A stretch of 64,000 bases of DNA from Psilocybe cubensis (lineage: Eukaryota): NCBI GenBank assembly GCA_017499595.2, contig CM039010.1, positions 1,860,001 through 1,924,000 on the forward strand, read 5' to 3'. This document shows positions 40,901-51,001 of the stretch, piece by piece. Under the pieces are notes generated by a model that was given only the letters and a program-made list of their open reading frames with translations, was not told the origin of the DNA and searched no databases. The translations under genes were made by a program, and so were the position numbers. Each line of letters starts with the position of its first letter. Position 1 is the stretch's first letter.

Positions 40901-42077
40901 CCAGAATGCTTCAAAGATATGTATTGCATCTGTGGTACTATATAGAGCATATCTACATACCTATATGTGCTGGAAATGGCCATTCTATCCCATAATAAAA
41001 TATACAAGTTCTGGAGGGAGTAGGGAGTAGTACCCTTAAATCTTGGAGTTGCACCAAGATTTTGGGCTCTAAAAATTAGTATAATAGATGCCTACCCAGC
41101 CCCAGTTAGGCCTAAATTTATCTGATCAGGAAGGCATTTATACGAGGGGTAGAAGGAGGGATAGGGTGCACATTCTAGTTCAGTAGGTTCCACTGCTCCA
41201 ATTAAGCTAAAACTTGGCATGTACTCTGTCTAATATAAATAAAAAAATAATGGCATAGTCAGAAGGGTGCATACCAACCCCTGGAGGGTGCTATTGAAGG
41301 TGCGCTTTTTGATCAAAACATTGTACGCTTAATTGCACAATAATGAGTAAAGATATTGCAATTTTGATTTCATATTTGGATTGGGACACCTTGAAACTAT
41401 AGGTTTACCAAAAAAGACCAAGGGAAACGGTCCAGAAATGCCCCCAAAAGCGCCCAATCCATTGCCAGCAATGCACAAAAGTAGCATAGGATGAGCATTA
41501 TTTATAGACCCAGGGGCCAAGATCAGAATGTCTATTTAATAATAGTTTTGATAGAGCTGATGGCAGGATCCAGAATTAGCCAGGGTTTTCCTGAATTGAT
41601 GGCATCATATCACAAATGACCAAGCACAGATAAGATACATGCTTATATCTAATCAAAAAGGAATGAATGATCTCATTCCAGCATGTGGTAACCTACAAGG
41701 AATGATATGATCTAGCATTTATTGCATTTCTATAGACTACAGTAGCCCTAATGATTTTGCTCTAGGGTATGGTAGCTTACAAGCAATGATATTATATAAT
41801 ATTTACTACTCTTCTGTGATTTACAATGATCTTAATGATCTGATTCCAGAATGTGGTAGCTTACAAGCAACTATATGATATCTTATTGACAAATTACTGT
41901 AGATTACAAGCCTTTTAATGATTTGCAATTACTTAGCTGTATTACAGTATTGAAAGATATATCATTTAGCTATAACTTATAGCAATAATCCATGATTTCA
42001 TATCATTAAAATGTGGTGAAAATGCACATCGCCATGTAGGCACTCAGCACATTATGATTGATTTAAGTGGCAGCTAC
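37986..42077. mobile_element. T2: non-coding foldback-like TIR element (~4.1 kb)
   Basis: Imperfect TIRs GTACCTACCACTTTA / GTAGCTGCCACTTAA in the palindromic target ACTAGT; internal inverted arms and a ~1056-bp tandem duplication. Confidence 0.8.
38099..38220. repeat. 21-22-bp tandem repeat, about six copies
   Basis: AAATCTGTATCATAGCTGCCC units. Confidence 0.9.
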
Positions 42078-45000
42078 TAGTGCAGAAGGAGCAGCGGCTT
42101 GAGCAACTGGAATTTGATCCAGTAGAAGGTTGTCAAGCGCGTTGTTAATAAAGACAATAGCGGCCCGATTGGAGGGAAGCCAGGGGTTGGCGTTGGTGGA
42201 ATTGGCGTGGGCGTTTGTGATACAAGCAAAGAACTTGGGGGGCATGATGAGGGAGTGATAAGAGGGTTAAAAAATTCAAAGTAAGAGCTCTTTTATAAGA
42301 GCTCTACAATAAAAATTTGGAGTGCGCCGCCATCAATAGTGAACTTGCTACCACAGAAACAACAGAAAAATCCTAAGTCAAAACTCACATGGCTTGTTGG
42401 CCGTACCCACAAATTAACTGAGTAATGATGTAGTGAATAGAAAACATAACATATGCTGTGCAATTAGAAGCACGTACTGCACCAGTCTGACAGAAGTCGA
42501 AATATCTTATAAAAGTTTATTACAATTAAGCTTTGGCCAGTTGCAAAGTATTAGCGCGCTCAGCTATGACGGGAAAATTTGATACACCCGTTATACCGTT
42601 GGAAAGAGGAGATCAACCGCTTTCTAATGGTACAAGAATCAGCAAATTTGAACCAGAATTGAGTACAGGAAGTACAAACAAAGTGCTTGCAATGCAGCGC
42701 AATACATCACATGGCTATGATGACACACGTCGGACATCAGATGCAACAGAATCCAGACCACGGCAATTGTTGGACACCAAGTACCGGTGCTGTGCAGTTG
42801 CTGGATATGGTGTAGAGTCACATGTGTGGACGCATCTCCTACCATATTAAGTAGTATGCTTAGGAGCCACAGCAAATAAGCATGCATACGAGCGCTTAAG
42901 CTGCAGAATTAAATAGAAAAATAGAATTAAACAGAATAGACAAACTTGACTACATTATCATGACACAGAATCAGCACACAAATTGGTTGAGAACAATGCT
43001 GAAAGAAGGAAAGAAGTCATAATTATACAGACAGGTTGACTGGAGACAGTCAATATCTAAGTTGGGGGGAGATGAAGAGACAAGGAATTGTCTACGCATG
43101 TAAATGCTGAATTTTTAGCATTTCTCATGTATACAAGTACACGCTCTTACGTACAAAGGACGGGAGAAACCATCTATTAGACGAGAATTATGATGTTGAA
43201 GGGTGTGTTGCCGCTATTGATATAGCTATACACAACTGGGTACAGAGTAATTTACGCCGAATCAGGACTACTATCTATAGTAGACATGCGTATGACAGCT
43301 GAGAACCTGGGGAAGCAACAGCAACGGTGAATAAGAGATCGTACACTAAGCGCTCTTACCGCTAGTACCTGATTAGGCATTACCTACCTAATGGGGACAA
43401 AACCTTGCTTAGTACCTTGAAGCTAGAATCGCATGTTCTCTGTAGGTTCTTGTGCATGATGAAATAAGCATCACATAGGTCCTAGACCTAGCGCGTGCTC
43501 AAGGCAAATTACAAACCTTAATTTATTGCACTCCGCGATGACCAACCAAAGATATTGAAGTAACCGTTACCAGACGGTATGACTAAGCCCTTGGCCTCAA
43601 GGCATCTATCCAAAACAGTATTGTACTCTCTAAGTGCTGCTACGCAGCGTTCTAGCAAGCCGGCATGTAAAGCCGACAGCCTGATGCTACCTGTATGCCA
43701 AGAGACGGAGAAATGAAGGAACAATTATTAAGAGCTCCTAGTCAGAATGAGTTGCCAGCTCGAGCGTACAATTGCACATTGCTGATGTAATCACTGACTT
43801 AGACAAATAAGAGCACTTATATGCTCGGATGAAGGAATGAAAACCACTGCCTTGCAAGTCTGACTTGCTATGCGCAGTAACCTTGTTACCAATTCTTGTT
43901 TGTATTGTATAATGTAATATTAGTTAGTCAGGTCTCCATTTCTCAGTAGTACTCATAGTATAAATTAAACCGTGTCATGTAGTGTAAGGACAAGCAATCT
44001 CATACCCAAGAATCGAGAGTACAGATTTAATCTGCATCTTCGCATTCCCCAGTGTGATCAATTGTTTCGCAGACGAGCTTGTTGTCTAAGAGAAGGAAGA
44101 CCGAGTGTAGTTTACCCGGATTTGAATATATAAGTGCTTTGGTTCATTAAGCGCTCTTGTATTGCAAGTCAAATATTCTGCACTTTCTAAGTTAATTCTT
44201 AGGAGGTGACCAGGGCAAGAGGCCACCGCCATAGGTCTGCCAGTTCTTCTTAGAGGGAAGAGCTTCTACACCGTTTTGTTTAGCCAAAAGGGTACCTGTG
44301 ACTTTGAGGGTTGCAGTTTCATATTGTCTGGGACTTCGAGGGTCTACCCACAAACTATAAGAAAACCTCATCTCTGAACGAGACTACTATACACCAAAGG
44401 GACTTAAAGGAAGCGTGTGTGTACACAAATCTAATAAGCGCTCTTACTTGCATTTGGCGATTGAGTTGAATTAGACTCTTACCAAGTGCAACGACGTGCA
44501 GCATAGTGCACATCATCCCACACATTAGTTCTTTTGAATGTGAAGCTTTTCTGTAGAGTGTATTAATAGCTCTGCTCTCCTCCCAGTAACAAACATTATT
44601 GTTGCAGCAATTGATTTGGAAATTGCACCGTCACCCCAAGCAAGACATATCAACGTTACCATTTGGCTGTTGATGCTGACTTAGTTCCATCAAAATTGAA
44701 CCACATCATCTAGCATATGGAATCTAGTAAAGTATTGAGGCATAGAGCAGCATTCTTAATTGCTTGAAGAAGACAACCTGGATAATGAACCAATATGGCA
44801 TTTGTCTAAATTTTCACAGATGGCTTTGACAATTCTTTTTGACTTTTCTTCAACTGCAACACACTGGACAGACCACTTAAACCATTTTGTACATCTTAGC
44901 TTTTAAGACAATTGGGGTTGTATTATTTGTTAGAACTTGATGCAGATGGCAAAGAAGATCTTGAGGCACGACCAAAGATATTCTATTGAGCTAGATAGTT

Positions 45001-46105
45001 TACATACATTTTTAATCTATCTTGTTGCTACAGAGCCAGTCCAATTCCCCTGAAAAATACCTTTTGGTTGCCCATTAGATAACATCATTTTTTGTGATTT
45101 TTCACGAAGATCTACCACAGGATTGGTCTTTTTTTCTTTGCTGGCCTTTCTTTAGGTGGCATTTTGTCAATTTTTTTTTGAGAAAACGGCTTGATAAAAT
45201 TTTTTGAAAATCTGGAATCATATATAATTCTTTGAGATCTATCCAAAAACAATATTTCCAAGATTTTAGCAAATTGTTTTGGATTTGGCAAAATTTTTGG
45301 GCCTATTTAAACTTAGAACCGGATTTCTGAGGGAAGTTTTTATGCAAACAAAAAACTAATTGCATATTCTAATTTGCATTTGCATCCTGCACGTTTCTAT
45401 CTATAATATATGGTGGCAGAAAAAATTTGATGTCTTCATGTGTCCCCAACTATAGTAACAGATAACAGTGCACCCTTTGTGGCAGCACTGAAGTGGATTA
45501 GTGACAAATATGGAATCAAAAGTATTAAGATATCACCTTATAATTCCAAAGCAAACAGCTTAATTGAGCAAGAGCATTAAGACATAAGACAAATGCTCTA
45601 TAAAATGCTAGAAAAAGAAAACATTCACAAATGGTTTTGGTTCTTAACCTTCATTTTCTGGGCAGACCAAGTCTTGATCAGATGGCAGATGGGCTGTTTG
45701 CCCTACTTTATGGTTACCGCTGCCCATCCAATCCTGCCACTAGACGTTAAGAAAGCCAGCTGGCTTGTCCAACCACCAGATAGACTGCTGATGGACTTGG
45801 AATTGGTAGCCTTTAGGGCACACGCACTGATAAAACACTGGTTGCACATAAACCAAATGAGAAAGAGAATGGATGAAGAAAAATATAGAAGACTATTTAA
45901 ATATGAGTCAGATAACAAAGTGGTTATCAAAGACTACACATTTGCACTGGGAGACTTGGTCCTGGTATGCAATACAATGGTAGAAGGTTCCTTGGACAGG
46001 AAAATGAAACCAAGGTACCTGGGACCAATGTTGGTAATTAGACAGACAAAGGGAGGGTCATACATTGTGTCAGAACTTAATGGTGCCATGTGGCAGTCTA
46101 AAGTA

Positions 46106-47710
46106 CAGTGGGCAAAAAAAACCGTTCGAGTGTTGGTCACGTATGAAAAGATTAATTTATAACTTTGAAATTAAAAATGTTAAAAATATGAGATTATTCA
46201 CAGATATACTATATGGTGTTAGCTAAAGGATGACACACTGATCATGTGATTTGTCCAAGAATTGACCAAACAGCAGCATACACAATTTGCTAAGTCATTT
46301 GAACAGTTTTTTTGCTAGTAATTTAAATGCTATAAACTATGTATTATCACATGACTTTGTTGATATACCAAACAACTATCAATAAAATCATGTGACTACA
46401 TGTTGAATAGGTATATAATAGCTACAACCAACCTCTTTATCCCCCAATCAAGCATGAAACCCCTCTCTAAAGCAACTATTGCTACTATTGTCTCTCTTCT
46501 TACTTTTGGTTACTCCTATGCCTCTATCAAGGCCCAGACTGGAGCTAGTACTGGTTCTATCACCAAGATTTGCCAAGACTACTGTCCTGAGGCAGTGGTT
46601 TCCCATGGAGGACGCCCAAAGAAGCTGACTGGTGCCAATATCACCTATACCAAGCGTGGAATTTGAACTGGACAAATCAAGAATGCTGTGCAAGCTGCCA
46701 AGTCTCTGGCTACTATTAATGGCCAGAATATCAGTCCTCAAACAGTTAGGAATGCACTCAAATCAACTGGCATGGTCTCAGTGGCAAAACAAAAGAAGCC
46801 TTTGTTATCAAAAAAGCATAGGAGGGCTAGATTGGAGTTTGCAGAAAGGCACTTGGAGTGGACTGTGGATGACTGGGCAAGGGTCTGGTGGTCAGATGAG
46901 ACCAAAATCAACAGATTGGGTTCAGATGGAAGAGATCAGGTGTGGATAGACAAGGAAAACAGACAGGACCCTAGGAGGATCAAGCAAACTGTGAAGTTTG
47001 GAGAAGGAAACTTGATGATGTGGGGTTGTATGGGATGGGAAGGAATTAGATTTGCCACTAGAATTGATGGGAAGATGGATGCTCAGTTATACACTGAGAT
47101 CCTAGGTGATGAGCTCCTAAAATCCTTGGAGTAGTATGGTCAACAGGTAAAAGATATCCACTTTCAGCAAGACAATGACCCCAAGCACACCTCAAAATTG
47201 GCCAAGAAATGGTTTGAAGAGCAGAATTTTAGGGTCCTCATATGGCCTGCACAATCTCCAGATCTCAACCCCATTGAACATCTATGGGAATACCTCAAAA
47301 GAAGACTTAATGAACATGAAGTCCCACCAAAGGGTATCCATGAACTTTAGGAGAGGGTTGAGAAGGAATGGAATGGAATACCCAAGGAAGTGGTGCAGAA
47401 TTTGATTGCTAGCATGCCTAGAAGGTGTGCAGCAGTGATTAAGGCCAAGGGTGGACATACAAAGTACTAGTAGATATGATTTATTGATACTCAAGTATTT
47501 AGCAAAAAAACTGTTTGAATGACTTAGCAGACTGTATATGCTCCTGTTTGGTCAATTCTTGGAAAAATCACATGATCAGTGTGCCATCCTTTAGCTAATA
47601 CCCTCTAGTATACCTGTGAATAATCTCATATTTTTAACATTTTTAATTTCAAAGTTATAAATTAATCTTTTCATACGTGACCAACACTCAAACAATTTTT
47701 TTGCCCACTG
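46106..47710 (+). mobile_element. Tc1 transposon, 1605 bp, ~210-bp TIRs, TA TSD
   Basis: TA|CAGTGGGCAAAA ... TTTGCCCACTG|TA. Confidence 0.97.
46454..47470 (+). pseudogene. DD34E Tc1 transposase (338 codons, three stops)
   Basis: [14 protein letters not shown] and [11 protein letters not shown], with 34 residues between the second D and the E. Confidence 0.95.
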
Positions 47711-49401
47711 TAGGTGCTTTCAGGATAGTACCATATTTTGCAAGAGAAAAGATTGCAGTACCTACAAAAATAACAGACATCCTAGATACTTCAGAAGAAG
47801 GATTGCAACAAATTGAAGCAGCACCCAAGGAAGACTATGTTGCCGCTCCAGAATGGGACATGACGCTGCTCCATAACAATGATAGTAAAGACGAGTAAAA
47901 TTTCACAAAAATACAAGACTGACAAACTACATGACATGTATTTCTACCTAAAACCTTGTAGAACGATGAAGTGAATCTAGACTGGGGCGCTGCCTTTGGC
48001 TTTGCAAAGCAAAGTGACCTATTTTTTGTTTTTATGACCAATGTGATTAAACTAGCATTGGGCAAAAGCACAACAGAACTTGAAATCAGCACAGTCAAGG
48101 CAAAGGAGTGCGAGAGCCTTCTCCACGACAGAGATAACCGGGTTACCACCTTGATTGGCAACTACAATAAGGACAACATCAATAGTGATACAAAAAATAG
48201 AGAATAGGTGATAGTAACAGCTTACCAGAGGGTTTAACACAAGGCTTCTTGCTGTTAGAGTCGATGCCAACCTCTTCAAAATCAATAAGAGTGACTTTAG
48301 CGCACTGTGTTAAAAACATATGGTTTAGTTTGAGAATGAGAGGTGAACAAGAAAAGAAACAAACCTTAGAACCATCATTCCCAATGGGGTTTGTACCTGG
48401 AATAGTGCAGATAGGTGGAGGGATGACAGAGGTAGGCACTAGTGGCTTGGCCAAAGGTGGGATGGGATTACCGGAATCCGTAATGATTTTGACAATGTCC
48501 TCATCAACTGACATGCCCTGCATACTGGCGATGAGTTTGTTGAATGACCATTTAGATGTGCGACATTGCTTTACCTCATTATTCTGCAGCATTAGTAAAG
48601 AATGGTGTGAGCTAGAAAAGAAATAAATATACTCATTTCCGAGTCAATGACAGCCTTGGACTTGGGTATCTTGCAAGTGCGCTGGCAATATGACACATTC
48701 CAGTTAGTTAGCAAAGAACCCAACAAACAATAGACTAGAAACAGACTTTGGCTTTGGCATGAGGAGTGACTGCAGAAGTGAGGGTGCTAGCAGCAGAGGG
48801 TGCCGGACCTGGTGCAGGAGGAGGAGCATTGGGAGCAATTACTGACACCGGCTTGCAAAACTGGTGAATGGCCTTGCACAAATTGGCGACAAAATAGTAC
48901 TCCCAGGGCATCTTGATAGTCCCGGAAACTTGTGCATTTTGAACGGCCTGGTAGTGTCAGAGTTTCTCCAGTTTCCCCTCTTTATCTTCCAGAATTATCT
49001 TATCCTTTCATTATCTTATCAATTATCTGATTAGATAGTTTATTTGTTTCATCACAGCCTTCTTGCTCCACTTCTTTCTAGTAAATTCTATATGATTCCT
49101 AGTCTTACTCATCCTTTTTCTATATGATGTCACTTTTATTCTTTAACCTTCCTTTATGATGTAATGTAGGGAATATTCTAGAATAGCTGTAGAGTATAAA
49201 TACTGGACTTGTAGGTAGCTGTAGCTTCAGCTTCAATCTCTTAGGATATCCACTATCATTGGTGTGATCTCTTAGAATTATTGAGTCTCTCTTACTCTCT
49301 TATTTTCTCTCTGCTCTCTTACTCTTACTCTGCTCTCTCTCTTTCTTGCTTGATCTTTGTTGGTGGCCTTGTAACACTGATTATAGTGTTGCCCTGACAG
49401 A

Positions 49402-49412
49402 AGATTGAAGCT
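49402..49412 (+). promoter_or_regulatory. Self-priming PBS (Tf1-type)
   Basis: AGATTGAAGCT is the reverse complement of AGCTTCAATCT (49229-49239), which lies just downstream of TATAAATA (49195-49202). Confidence 0.85.
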
Positions 49413-49889
49413 CTCTCAAGACAACTCCACCATCTCTCTTTCAACACCAAACTCTTCACCTCTTCAACCTCTTCAACATCATCACCTCAACCTTCTTCCT
49501 CCACTTCCAATCTACCAACTCCTTCACCAACCTCTTCACCAATCTCTTTACCAACCTCCACTTCTCCACCAACCTTCAACATCTTCCTCAAGACCTTTCC
49601 TCAAGACCTTTGGCTCATCATCTTTCCTACTCTCTGTTGTGTGCTGTGTGTGAACTTAGTAGATAGGGATACCAATTGTTGGGGCAGACACAGTCCTACT
49701 AGTGTTCTGTTTTTGGTGGTCTAGGAAATATCCAGTAATCCTGTGATCCTAGATTTAGAGCCCTGAGTGGTGTGACAACTGGGTATCCAGTAGATAGATA
49801 TTTTTTTTAGAGTACTTAGTATAATTTCAAGAGCACTTTCAGTAGACAGCTTCTCCCACACACACACATCAGAGAGCCTACCCCTACCC

Positions 49890-50993
49890 ATGGACATGGA
49901 CCCCTCCCAATTGCCTCCCACCTCTCTTTCTGTGGAAGAGCTCATGCATCAGGTCCAGCTCCTTACCCAAGAGTTGAATTTTCTTAGACAACAGCAGCAG
50001 TCATCATCTACTCCACCACACCCTCAGCAACCAGTCAGTCAGTCACCATCATCACCACCACCTACTGCTCTAGATATTCACTCTTTCCCTACCCCTCATG
50101 TTGCCCCTTCCTGTTCACACTCTGTCATTAAAGTCTCACCTCCAGATCCATTTGATGGTTCTATGGAGAAGGCAGAAAACTTCCTCAGTCAGTTCAAATT
50201 ATATTTCTATGGGAAAGGGATTACAAATGACTTTCAGAAAGTTATTTGTGCTCTATCTCATATGAAAGGAGGTACTGCTGGGAAGTGGGCATATGAGAAG
50301 ACTAAAGTAATAGACAATGCTCAGTCCCAAGAAGGTCTTTGGGCTGACTTTGTTTATGAATTTAGGGAAGTGTTTGCAGATCCAGACCCCTCCAACACAG
50401 CTAAGCATAAAATGCACATGCTTAAGCAAGGCAGGCAGACTGCTGATGAGTATGTTGTTAGCTTCAGGGCTCTGATCTCAGATACTGGGTATAATGATGC
50501 TGCTTTGGTAGACCAATTCAAGGCTGGGCTCAATGAAAATCTCAGGAATGCAGTCTACTATGTTCCTGACATGCCCAAAACCTTGGATGGATGGATTAAA
50601 TGGAGTACTAGGCTAGATAGGCAGTGGAGACAGAGTGAGGCCTTTACCAAGTCTCTTTCCTCCTCCTCCTCTTCTTCTCCCTTCCTTAAAGCCCCAACTC
50701 CCAAGGCTGTTCCTAAGCCTACTCCAAATCCTCCAGTCTTTTCCAACAGCAGCTCAAGGACCTTTGGTGCTCAGGCAAAGCAACCAGATGTAGTTTCCAT
50801 GGAGGTTGACTCTGGATGGAAGTCAGTTAGGCCAATTGTTTGCTTCAAGTACAGAAAGCCTGGTCATAAGGCTGTAAACTGCAGGTCATTAGTTAACATC
50901 AATGCTATGACCCATGAAGAACTGGCTGACTACTTTGGGAAATTAATCTTGGAAGGAAAGGAGCAGAAAGATGAGGAAAAGAAAAAATTTTAG
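49890..50993 (+). CDS. C2 Gag, open 367-aa ORF with a Cys>Tyr change in the knuckle
   Basis: Intact ORF; CFKYRKPGH versus CFKCRKPGH in C1. Confidence 0.9.
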   Translation: MDMDPSQLPPTSLSVEELMHQVQLLTQELNFLRQQQQSSSTPPHPQQPVSQSPSSPPPTALDIHSFPTPHVAPSCSHSVIKVSPPDPFDGSMEKAENFLSQFKLYFYGKGITNDFQKVICALSHMKGGTAGKWAYEKTKVIDNAQSQEGLWADFVYEFREVFADPDPSNTAKHKMHMLKQGRQTADEYVVSFRALISDTGYNDAALVDQFKAGLNENLRNAVYYVPDMPKTLDGWIKWSTRLDRQWRQSEAFTKSLSSSSSSSPFLKAPTPKAVPKPTPNPPVFSNSSSRTFGAQAKQPDVVSMEVDSGWKSVRPIVCFKYRKPGHKAVNCRSLVNINAMTHEELADYFGKLILEGKEQKDEEKKKF

Positions 50994-51001
50994 AAGCACC
51001 A

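Larger units (their letters stand above)
36967..42245 (-). pseudogene. Spliced antisense accessory gene of Gypsy B, split by foldback element T2
   Basis: ATG at 42245; the frame is restored across T2 (PSALV-AFKPEY); GT-AG introns at 37663-37713, 37421-37476 and 37194-37245; one premature TAG at 37069. Confidence 0.75.
27708..44652 (+). mobile_element. Gypsy element B
   Basis: A 5'-truncated LTR (27708-28905) matches the 3' LTR (43073-44652, TG..CA). PBS TAGAGCCCACCACAAGGG at 28908; PPT GGGGGGAGA at 43064-43072. Confidence 0.93.
7932..45452 (-). mobile_element. T1: TA-duplicating TIR transposon (Tc1/mariner-like ends) expanded to 37.5 kb by nested insertions
   Basis: Left end TA|CAGTTGGGAAC and right end GTCCCCAACTA|TA. 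The empty site restores integrase LVEI-VTDNSAPF. Decayed minus-strand coding remnants lie at 44653-45162 (MPPKERPAKKKR) and ~8450-8862. Confidence 0.78.
45455..47898 (+). pseudogene. Gypsy D integrase C-terminal part, split by a Tc1 element
   Basis: VTDNSAPF and KPRYLGP; SKV-GAFRIVPYFAR is restored across the Tc1. Confidence 0.9.

Noticed and set aside
38437-41520. Two near-identical 63-aa ORFs on opposite strands
   Set aside because: They are a by-product of the T2 inverted arms and start at TTG.
43451-43460. TGTGCATG as the start of the B LTR
   Set aside because: The PPT at 43064-43072 places the start at 43073; the match begins here only because the 5' LTR is truncated.
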